Positions 12,757-23,435 of a stretch of 64,000 nt of DNA are shown here, piece after piece (position 1 is the stretch's first letter; every line of letters starts with the position of its first letter). A model generated the notes under the pieces. It did no database searches. It worked only from the letters and a program-made list of their open reading frames with translations, and was not told the origin of the DNA. A program made the translations under genes and the position numbers. The stretch spans positions 2,403,979 to 2,467,978 of the forward strand of contig CAVNZM010000007.1 of the NCBI GenBank assembly GCA_963693365.1, written 5' to 3'. This stretch comes from Amoebidium appalachense (taxonomy: Eukaryota > Protista > Ichthyosporea).

Positions 12757-14584
12757 TTGTGTGTGTATGTGGGTGGGTGGGTGGGTGGGTACAGAGAAGG
12801 GGAGAGGGGCGGGGGGGGGGGGGGGGGGGCGTGTATGTGTGTGCCTGTGTGTGTATGTTAAAGACAGGGGAGGGGGGAAGGGGGAGAGGTCAGGGTAGGG
12901 AGAAAGGGAGGGAAGGATGGGTGGGTGGGAGGGTTGGAGGGAAGGAGGGAGGGGGAGAAAGGGTAGAGGGAGGGATGGCGGAAAAGACAGAAAGAGAGGG
13001 GCAAAGAGAGGAGGGCAGTCGGTAAAGAGGAAGGGCGGGAGGGTGGGACGGAGAGGGAGAAGGGGGGAAGTGGAGAATTAGGGCAGGGGGGGGGGGCGAG
13101 AGCAAGAGGGGGGGTGGGGAGGGTGTGGGCGGTGTGTGTGTGTGTATGTGTGTGTGTATGTATGTTGTGTGTGTGTGGGGGGGGGGGGGGGGGGGGGGGG
13201 GTTGGATGGGGGATCTCGGTTGGGAGTGGGTTCTTTATAGACCTGGCAACCATTGACCAGCTATTCTCTCACCCTGTCTTTGTGTTCACTCTGCAGCTTA
13301 TGGCAATAATGGCAACCGTTCCTTGCCTGAGTGTGGTATGGAGGTTGGGTCTTTCGACAGTGATGGCTCTGACGATGACGATGAGGGGTCAAGTGACGAG
13401 AGCCCCGGTTCATTCAACGTGTCAACATGTGTGCGCCTAGCAGGCCGCAAGCTTAACGCCCGGCGTGCGATGCGCAAGCTGATTGGGTCTGTGCACAGCT
13501 CCGAAGGGTTTGCTTTAGCAGCACAGGACCCGGATCATCTGCTCTTCACTCTAGTGTTCTTTGACGAGGCCGTGGCAGCAGACATACAGCTTGCCAGGTG
13601 CTTCCTGCCGAACCCCCCCCCCCCCCCCCCCCCCCCCCCCTTCCCCTCCAACGCCCCCCCGCTCCCTCCCTCTCGCCTCTCCCCCCCCTTTCCCTGCAGG
13701 GCCTCCTCCCCTTTCCCCCATCCCCCTTTCCCCTCCCCCCCCCCCCCGCCCCCTTTTCTGCATCCCCCTCCCCCTCTCCTCCTTCCCACAATTCTTCCTC
13801 CCAACTGCTCCACCTCCTTACTTCCTTGCACGTATCAATCCATCTCTCCTTCCAACCCAAGTGACACCAGTTTTTTGTCAGACAACCTGCCTCCCCAGGC
13901 CCACTTATTATGCCTGTCCTGTTCCCCTCCCCCCCACGGGTTGACCCACCCAAGTTCAGTTGATGCTGCTGTCTGAGTTGGAGCGTCGTATATACGCGGG
14001 CTAAGGGGTCGAAACTCAGACGCAATTGATGACTTGGGCCCTCCCTGAGGATGGGCTCTGCTTATGACGCATACTGTGCGCATGGCTGATGCTGCATACT
14101 TGAATGTTTGCCTTTGCATGTGTCCTGCACCATGCTTCTCATCGTGTATGCGTACTTCGTACTGTGTTCCGCATTCAAAACCCCCCCCTCTCCCCCCCTC
14201 AGGAGGGCCTCTGCCCATTCGTCCCTCCTTTTCAAGTCCTCCATTACCTCTTACCTCCCCTAATTCTCATTATTCTCTAATAGTATACCTATATCTTCCA
14301 TCCTACCTTTTTGGAAGCTCCCTGCTTCTCTTCCACCTATTTGAAAGCATCTGCATCTACCCCCCCCCCCCCCCCCCCCGTTCATAGCCCCTCCTTCATC
14401 AGTACTCCCTTACACCTGCCCGGCCCCCTTCAGAGTGCCTAACCCCCTCCCCCCCCCACACACACACCCCTCCCCTTTCACACACCTGCACACACGAACG
14501 CACCCATGCATGCACGCATGCACCCTCCCTCGCAGCCACGAGCGCACACACTCTTATTCACTTATAGAATTGTTAATAATCTAA

Positions 14585-14625
<41 letters not shown>

Positions 14626-14727
14626 CCCCAACCCACCCACACACGCACACACACACACACGCCAAGGTTTCCCTTGTTCTGCTCCTCGGCCTTTCCGCCT
14701 TCCCCATAATCTGTCTTTCTCTCTCTT

Positions 14728-14761
<34 letters not shown>

Positions 14762-17261
14762 CCCACCCCACTGTCACCCACCCCACCACCACTGCCCTAC
14801 GTCACCCTCCCACTTCTTGTCTTTGCTTATTCTTCCTTGTGATGTGCAACACAGGGACATATCCGGGCCACCTGAGGTCCAGCAACAACGCCTTCTTCAA
14901 ATTCTGGGTGCCTGGAGAATGGAGCTTATGGAAACACCCGCTGACGGCAACTGTTTGTTTCATTCGGTGTGGCATTATATCAATCAGTATCTACAAAGCG
15001 GTCATGTAGCTACCCGTGAACACCTCAACACATTGGGGTTTACAGCTAATATGGAGCCTATAGAGGCGATTGGACGGCTACGCGAACTAATGGTAAACGA
15101 ATGGCGGCGAAATCTAGCAGAATACCAAGGATTCCTTTCAAGGGTGACCCTCGCATACGTAGCTGATGATTTCCGCTGTCCTCGGCGCGCCCATTTTGCT
15201 TCTGCAGCCGGTGACGCGATGGTGCTGGGCTTAGCCAACGCACTCCGCATACCAATAACCATTTTTAGCACGATTGCCAATCACGGTGTAGTTGCGGTCA
15301 CTCCACCCACCGTCATCGAACCCAACATTGCCATACCCGTATCACTTAACGGTGCAGCAGATCATTACTCAGTGGTAATACCTCGCTTGTCGCATGCGAA
15401 CAAAATCTCGGACAACAACCAAACACAGACATCACACTCAGTTGACACGGAAAACTCGACGGAGTTGGCGTCTAACGCTAACACAACTGACACGTTCGGT
15501 GGGTTGCCCGCCAAGGGCTGCAGCTGTAATAGAAACAGTAAGGATAGAACACGTTTTTTTTGTGGTTTTAAGAACGGCGGGGGAAAAGTGCAGGCATACG
15601 ATGGGCATGAGCGTTGCATATGCGCAAAGAACAAGCGGGCATGCACCCAGGCATGCAGGTGTGAGAATTGTGGCAACAGGTGAGCCGTATGATATGCATT
15701 TGCTACTTTTCTTCTTTTGCATCCTCTATTTGCCCACACTTGGTACTTTATAATCGAAACCTTAACTTGGCCAAATCCAGGTATTTCTGCTTGTCCCTCT
15801 CTTTATTCCCCCCCCCCCCCCCCCCCTTTCCCCCTCTCCCCCTCCCCCCCCCCCCCCCCCCCCCCCCCCCGGGAGGGGAAAGAAAAGCCCCCTCTCCCAA
15901 TCCCCTCCCCCTCCTGTATCCGTCGTTTCATGATGTCTAACCCCTCCTCCTCCCCCCCACCTTCCCCACTGCTCACCACCTGCACACCCGCACACCATAC
16001 ACAAACTTAAACACACACACGCATGCACGTGTGCACGCACACACACAGCCCCCCCTCCCCCCCCCCCCCCCCCCCCCAAACACACACACACACACACACA
16101 CAATGCATCCGCGCATCATGGTCCATGCATACACGTGTGTGGATAGATGCACAGGTGCACGAATCCACGCACGCACGCACCCACAGAGCACGTGTGCGCA
16201 CGCACACACAAACACACATGTGTACACGTGCACGCGCATTCACACGCACACACAAACGCACATACACATGCAGTCATGGACAGCGGCCAGAGCCAAACCG
16301 TCCAGGTCGCCCGTCTACCATGCAGCTGCATTTATCCGGCGAAGGGGGGAACCTTTCCCTGAGAAGTGGTGATGGGTCCAACACCACCCATACGGCCAAC
16401 ACAACAGCCACCAGGGGCAAGGCCACTGCCACGGTTCCAACGCAAAGGCGGCGCGCACGATTCACGCAAACACGAACCACAGATCAGAATGGTTTGGAGT
16501 ATTATGTGTCTGTGGGCGAGGAGGTACGTTCGGGTAGATGGTCGGATGCGGAGACCGCGTTGATTGAAAGTATTGTTATTTCGCTTGCGGAACAAAAGTT
16601 GCCGGCAACAGAGGAGGACATATTTGCACATTACCATGCAGCATTGGAGGGCAACGAGGAGGGTGTGGGGCTGGATGCCATCCTTTCCAAAACATTGAAA
16701 CAAATCAAGTCAAAAATAGAACACATTGAGAAGGAAAGACGTTTGCGTAGTCAGGTGGCCGCCGAGGTGAGGGAGGAAATCGCGAGGGCTAAGGAAGCCG
16801 CTGCTAGGACAGTTACGGAGAAAGCAAGCGAGAGAGCACGAAACACGAAACGTGGGCTGAAGTCACAGAGTAATTCACAGACTGCCCCGTCAAAGAAGGC
16901 CAAGCCCAGCGGCCTTTCACGTGCAAGCACCAACACAGGTGTTGCCCCTCAGGAGCATGATCCCACCAGTTCGTCAACCGATTCGGCGGATGAATTCCAA
17001 AGCACCCAACAGTCTGGGGTGATTCCCCCTAGCCAGCACCCGCACCATCCGCAAGCGTTCCACCCCAGTTATTATCACACATACCCGAGCACGATAGCCA
17101 GTGCACAATGTAGCGTCTGTCAACTGACTTTAGCAATCCCTCCCCATCTGTGTCATACTTACATGCAATGCTGTAGGTGCAAGGCCATGTTGTATGCTCT
17201 GGTCACCGCTTTTGGCATCCGCCTGCTCAGTTTTAGTGTCACGGATAATAGGTGGAAGTGA
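11901..17261 (+). CDS. Multi-exon protein with OTU-like cysteine protease, CXC Cys cluster, Myb/SANT-like motif and C-terminal Zn ribbon; possibly transposase-derived
   Basis: Frame-compatible GT-AG exons 13297..13597, 14855..15679 and 16274..17261. OTU motifs TPADGNCLFHSV and DHYSVV; CXC GCSC..RCICAKNKRACTQACRCENCGN; GRWSDAETALI..KTLKQIKSKI; CSVC..CCRC. An upstream exon at about 11901..12148 (YCIAD..ASTAEGVHQ) probably belongs to it, but the link and the start codon are unresolved. Confidence 0.65.
13598..14181 (+). ncRNA. Structured intronic repeat element, copy A
   Basis: Begins at the donor GTGC of intron 13598-14854; core 13935-14060. Helices GTCTGAGT/ACTCAGAC, TCAGTTG/CAATTGA, CCCAAGT/ACTTGGG and GACCC/GGGTC. 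GAAAC at 14011, CTGAGGA at 14045. Homologous to copies B, C and D. Expression as RNA is inferred. Confidence 0.6.
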
Positions 17262-17796
17262 GCCAATCCCTCCACGTAGTTTTTTATTTTTCTAATTGTT
17301 ATTGTGGCTGCCAGCTGCTTTGGGGTCAGGTGGCAAACGTAGGGCATGTCTAGTAGGTTCGATTAGTATGGGATTTGGCATCATGATGCCAAGACTTAGT
17401 CAATACAGTAACTTAAGAATCAGTTTGTTAGGTGTTAGTTGTAACATTTAACTTCCAGTAATGTTCAGCATGTCAGAGTGGTAGTTTATGATTGTAATGT
17501 TACTTACAGTTTAACTGTAATGTCACGGTGTATGTAGAGTATGCTGTCACATTCAATGCACACACACGGCACACACACATGAACATGCACACACGCAACC
17601 ACATACACGTCAAGCACACACTACGTATACATCCATGCATGCGACATTCGCCTTTTTAATACCTATGATATCATTACGTAGTCAAAATACCATAATAATA
17701 ATGTGTAGAAGTGATTGCAGGTCACTTTCACATGCTGCAGCTGTTTTATTAATAATGACACCGTAAATTAATGGCAAGCACACTGCAGACTCGGAT

Positions 17797-17865
<69 letters not shown>

Positions 17866-17954
17866 AAAAATCCCCCCCCCCCCCCCCCCCCCCCCTTCCC
17901 ACCTCGAAATTTTTGGGCGGGGGCGGGGGGCGGGGGCGGGGGCGGGGGCGGGGG

Positions 17955-17986
<32 letters not shown>

Positions 17987-18365
17987 CGGGGAGCTTGGGA
18001 AACGAGGGTGCAACCCAAATTTGAGTGGAGAGGCATTCCGGATCATCATTGTTAACCAATCAAATCCTAGAATAATGGCTCAAAAGTATTTGATTGGCTT
18101 CCTCAATTTGCTCCAATTTTTATTAATCGGATCCCCAAAACTCATATGTGTGGGGCTCGTCGTATGTGTGTAACAGCGGATTTACGATTTTCCAGTTTCG
18201 GGATTTGGGCCACGCAAGATTTCGTTACAGACATAGAACTGGATGTGTGTACAGATGTGGTCCTACATATACTAAAAATCAATAATTTTACAGTAAAAAA
18301 GGTGGATTCTGGTATAACAAAGCTCCATTTTCCGTAGTTACTGGTTACATACTGTTACACACATA

Positions 18366-19209
18366 TGGAAATGGGGTCTCAAATTCCCGGGAGCATGGTT
18401 ATGTTTGGATTGTCGTCTGCTGTTTGTCGTATGGAGGAATTGTCTCTTCGTTTTTGTTTTCACTTAGTTAGGATACCTGATGGTCACCCTCTTTATGCTT
18501 TCTTTCCCCCCCCTCCCTCCATCCCTCTTCCCCCCCGATTCACCAACGCTACTTCTGAATGTCCTCAGCCTACCCTCTTTCAACCTGATTCTTCCTCTCG
18601 CTATCTCACTCCCTCTTTCTTTTCTCTTCCTGTTTTTTCTGCCTTTTCGCGTTATTACCATACGCAGTATAAGTTTCTTTCTCGTTCTGATAGAGAAATC
18701 AAAGGTAAAACTCAGTCGGCATGTGTTATGTTCCTTAGGCAACACCGTACTGATCATTATCGCTTTTTGGGAGCTTTGGCAGGATATATTTCTCCTGCTG
18801 TACGTATGGATACCACCCTAGTAGATAAGTCTGTATGGTGCTCTGATGTTGATATTGCCTGGGAAGTTGTGCAGTGGCTTTGTAATTTTTGTTTTCATCG
18901 CCGCTGGTGCCACTTTTGTGCTGAACCTTTTAATCGCAAGCATGTTGATAGGTGTGAATTTTTATGTCGAGTTTTACCTCTTTCCCTACGGGTGTCTGCT
19001 ACACTGGCTGGCAATGTGACCACTTTAGACTTTTTGTTGAATTCTGTTGGTCGTCACATTGAGTATTTATATGATTTCCACACAGTGTTCAGGTATCTGA
19101 GTATGCACTTGTTACTGGATAACTCGTGAAGTTTTTTTTATTGTCTTCTCAGTATGCCGTGCATACTTGCATATCTTTCCGTCGAATAAATCCAGTCAAA
19201 AGAAAAAAA
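18366..19209 (+). mobile_element. 5'-truncated non-LTR retrotransposon, family 2 (RT C-terminal region plus 3' UTR)
   Basis: ORF 18365..19129 (FGL..RMEELSLRFCFHL; [17 protein letters not shown]; TLDFLLN) aligns with the C-terminus of the 34053 RT ORF. Hairpin 19151-19167, AATAAA at 19185, A-rich tail, and probable TSD TACA(C/A)ACATA at 18356-18365 / 19210-19219. Confidence 0.8.
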
Positions 19210-19550
19210 TACAAACATACGACGCGCCCCACAACAGGAAGGTTTGGGAGATCCATTTATCAGAAGATGAGCCAATCAGAAGCAAGCCTCGTTCCGGGGC
19301 GAGAGCGCCGAGCATTCTTACACTCTGGTCGACGAGGCGGGCTAATTGAATTAGAAGCAAACATATATTGATAAGTATAATCTATAAAGAGGAAAAAAGT
19401 TGAGTTCCAAACGGTAAATATAGTATAACCACAAATAAAGAAAATCCTGCAGCAGAATTATGCAGCCGGAAAACTCTGGGAAACAATTACTTCATACTGG
19501 CAACTACAGCGGTGCGCACACCGGGCATGGCTAAGGAATTTCAAGGTAGC

Positions 19551-19603
19551 CACACACACACACACACACAACCAGCTGATACCGAGTGTCCCGAGGGGAG
19601 CCC

Positions 19604-19653
<50 letters not shown>

Positions 19654-19849
19654 GGGGAACCCCAACTAATTGATTTCTCCTTGTAGTCTTTATGGTGTCT
19701 CGTAGAGAAAGTAAACCCTGATATATAGTCACCACCCGACATCTATGTACGTGATCATGATATACCGCTGAGGGGATATTCCGAGCAAAACCCCCCCCCC
19801 CATACCTGAGACTGGTTCTCTTTGCCTCGAGTAAACAGCGTAAACCCCC
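19551..19849 (+). mobile_element. 299-bp 5'-truncated copy of the family-1 retroelement (3' end only)
   Basis: Near-identical to 37303-37588 apart from homopolymer lengths. Flanked by the 7-bp direct repeat AGGTAGC at 19544-19550 and 19850-19856. Confidence 0.9.
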
Positions 19850-20071
19850 AGGTAGCTTTCAGGTATGCTGGGTCCCGTTGCTGGGGTGGTGACGATTGGC
19901 TGATGTTTCCCCCTGGCGGAGCAAAGCACAATTCCGCCTACAACAACACCGCATTTTGTCTTTCCCACGCACCAGTTCATTTTTATTCCTTCCTACCAAA
20001 CAGTATTGCTGTATTTGCATTATGTACAAGGGCCAAACCACTGTGAAGAAACTTATAACCCAAAAGAGAAA

Positions 20072-20782
20072 ATGCTGCTAAAGGCGATACATACGGGCGA
20101 CGTCCTGGCCTTCCTAGACCGCTGCCCTTCCCCTGTTTATGACAAGAGCAATTGCAGTTCCCCTGCAACACTCACACACCCAGAATCAAACAACCGCGCA
20201 CAACTGCAGTTAGAAGACACAAAGTCCCACGTTCGGCGTGAAATCACTGTTTTCAAACCATCAAATACCCCTTTCGGTTTGACCCTCACACGCTTGGAAG
20301 GTATGTCGGTAGTGACATCGGTTCTTCGTGGTTCCCCGGCATGGCGTGCAGGTGTGTGCGAGGGAGACTGCATCGAGTGGGTGCAAGAAATGGATTTGGG
20401 AAGAGGATGCAACGTGTACATGGAAACAGTGTACGAGGTACTCTTCGCAACTGACTATGCGGAAATAGGCGTGCGGGAGGCGGCCGCTCTGCACACAGTC
20501 ACCATCACGAAAAAGCACACACGTGGGTGCACGCCTTCACCATTACGAGAGAGTGGGTTTAGAATTAAAGGAGGTGTGGTGGAGAGTTCTAGGTTGTCGG
20601 CAACAGATACAAACATTTCTCTAAACGGCATGCATGTGTATCGTGTGGATGATAAGGTGGTTGCAGGCATGACGGATGTTCGAATTGAGGGAATGGCCGA
20701 GCAGGCAATGTTCAGAAATGGGGAGGTCACCGTGTATTTTTGCGCTGATAAATTGCTAGAAGCCACCGTGGCATTAAGGTAA
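20072..20782 (+). CDS. Intronless tandem-PDZ protein, syntenin-like (divergent)
   Basis: PDZ1: REITVFKPSNTPFGLTL..VTSVLRGSPAWRAGVCEGDCI. PDZ2: TVTITKK..GFRIKGGVVES..VYRVDDKVVAGMTDVRI, resembling syntenin GFIFKNGKITS..ICEINGQNVIGLKDSQI. First ATG at 20072. Confidence 0.75.
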   Translation: MLLKAIHTGDVLAFLDRCPSPVYDKSNCSSPATLTHPESNNRAQLQLEDTKSHVRREITVFKPSNTPFGLTLTRLEGMSVVTSVLRGSPAWRAGVCEGDCIEWVQEMDLGRGCNVYMETVYEVLFATDYAEIGVREAAALHTVTITKKHTRGCTPSPLRESGFRIKGGVVESSRLSATDTNISLNGMHVYRVDDKVVAGMTDVRIEGMAEQAMFRNGEVTVYFCADKLLEATVALR

Positions 20783-21515
20783 CAAACGAATCGAGAGGAA
20801 CAATATCAAATCATATCAACGATGATGATTGAACGACCCTTTTTATTGTACCCAAAACTTTAACGAACGAAACTTTTAGCATAGGAGAGTTAATACTAAG
20901 TGTAAATGTATGGTTTTGCGAATGTTTCCTAGTGGGGCCGGGACCCACTCAAAATCGACGGTGAAGAATAAGACTATCTGATACCTCTGCCTTTTATCGT
21001 GTGTGACTGGCATATAACCGAAGTTCAGTTGCATTTCAAGGACACCCTATAATACAACAACTTGCAACCCCACGCTAACAGAGGGGCACTAAATTTTCAT
21101 ACACCCATCCACTACTGTTGGTTTACTTTTTTGATGTGTGAGATCAACCAGAAAATTAACACGAACACTGGGCACATCATTCAAGCCACAAGCACGCGAC
21201 CCTGCCACATGCCCCATGCATACGCCAAGATATCTGGCGCCTTTGACGTCGGCGTGCACGCTGGAACACCCACACTCTTGCACCTGCGCATGTTTGCGCA
21301 CACACCTGCTAACGTGCGCTAGCTAGAGTTGGCGCGATGTGCTCGAGAATGCACATGTACGCGTTGCTGTGGCATAGTTTGAACGATGCACACATGCGCA
21401 TGCAGGCACACCAACCCACAAACCGTTACGAAAGCATGTGTGCAGTCGCAAGCGTTCCCATCCGTGCGCGCGTGGGCGCACATACACACACACGTGTACA
21501 CACAGACACACACGT

Positions 21516-21559
<44 letters not shown>

Positions 21560-21758
21560 CATACACGCACACACTCACACACTCATGCACAAACACACAG
21601 ACATACACGCGAGTGCGCGCACACACACACACGCCAACACAGTTACAATTATGAATAGTACGTACACACCGTAAGCTGAACCCCCCGATCCCCCCATCCC
21701 CTCCCCCCCCTCCCCTCCCCCCCCCCTCCCCCCCGATCCCCCCCCCTTCCCCCTCCCC

Positions 21759-21798
<40 letters not shown>

Positions 21799-21995
21799 CG
21801 GCCGCCGCCCTAGATCAGCACTGTAGGAAACGAGAAAAATCCCCCCTATCTTAGCCTGATCGTTCTGTCTATTTGACGGGCTCAGTCCTAGATCTAAGGC
21901 AGGTATATAGGTCTCTTGGGGCCGGTGCCCACCAAAAGCGGAAGTGGCGCTGATCATAAATAATACCTTAATCAAATCAAATGTGTGTGCACACA

Positions 21996-22270
<275 letters not shown>

Positions 22271-23435
22271 CATATGTACACGCACGCACACAACCCAGAG
22301 GATGGCACAAAACCACACGTGGCAAACACACACTTGCACGAGTAGTGACATCGTGTTATACACACACACAAACATCTTTGCAACCTAATTTCAATACACG
22401 TGTATTTGCTCAGTCTCAGACTAGCGGGCCGGAACCTCCTTGCTCCCTCACACCTTTTTTTTTTTCTAGAAGTCTAGAGGCTTGCTTCTAGGACAGAATA
22501 AGAGGGAAAAAAAAGAAAGAAAGAATTTAAAAAAGGAAAAATGAGGCAAAAATCGAAAAGACATTATTGGAGGGCAGTCGACTCTACCGGTGGCGGATCG
22601 AAAGGCAAGACTGGTCCCAGGGGTTGAATTACGACCCAAAATCGTCGTATTTACGATTGAGCCCAAGGGGTTAAAACGAGTAACGCTGTGAGAGGCTGTA
22701 TTGGTTTTTCGTAGCAGTGAAGTAGGCCACAAAAGTGGATTCTGGTGTTTTTTCATGCAAAAATGGGTGTTTTCCCAGGTAAAAGGTGGTCAGGTCGTTA
22801 TTTTGGGACCCCAGATCTAGAGTGGAATATGAAGCCCTGTTTTGTCTCTATAATTATTAGGGTGTGTAATTACTAATTAGGGGAGTGTAGAATCAACTGG
22901 GGGTCTAAACGAGTCGTAAATGAGACGAACCCCGCAAATACGATTTAGGGATTCTGACAATACGATTGCGTTTATAAGGTAAAACGGGTACTGTACTGTA
23001 GCGCAGTCACTGAAGCCCACAACCGTTCTGAAGACTGCGACGCACAATTACAAAGTCCGGAATGTGGAACTCCTGACTTTATATATGCGAGTGGTTGAAG
23101 GAGACCGTCTACCATTGGCTATTATTAATAAAAGTGCGGTAAGATGATGTCGCGACTTTGTGAGCCGCTGTCAGCCTTATAAGGCAAGTGCGCATTCTTT
23201 TGCTGTTCATTCCGAATTCCGACGACCGCTGCCGCCAAAACAAACGCACTGCAAAGTTTCATGGTGGTCAGCTTTTGTTTACCAAAGAGCGTCGATGTTT
23301 CTGTTGACAGATCAAGACTTTATTTGACTCCCCTGGCAGTTAGAAAACAGTTCAAAACGAGCTATTTAGCACATACTTATAGAAGAAAAGCAATCCGTTT
23401 TCTTCTCGCCTCAACATCACTCCAAACAACACGAG

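Noticed and set aside
13935-14060. Reading the structured element as a TPP riboswitch, C/D snoRNA, HDV ribozyme or minus-strand tRNA-SINE
   Set aside because: No ACCUGAU/UAAU..GCG TPP half. C/D boxes are not conserved in B and D. The GGCTAA catalytic C is not conserved. GTTTCGAC is not a canonical B box, and G-U pairs favour the + strand.
15682-15700. GAGCCGTATG resembling the start of group II intron domain V
   Set aside because: It is simply the GTGAGC spliceosomal donor region; no complementary 3' arm (..TACGGTTC) follows.
22445-23000. Possible Helitron or DNA-transposon end (CTAG-bounded hairpin at about 22466-22491 and palindromes)
   Set aside because: No matching second terminus, TSD or second copy in the window.
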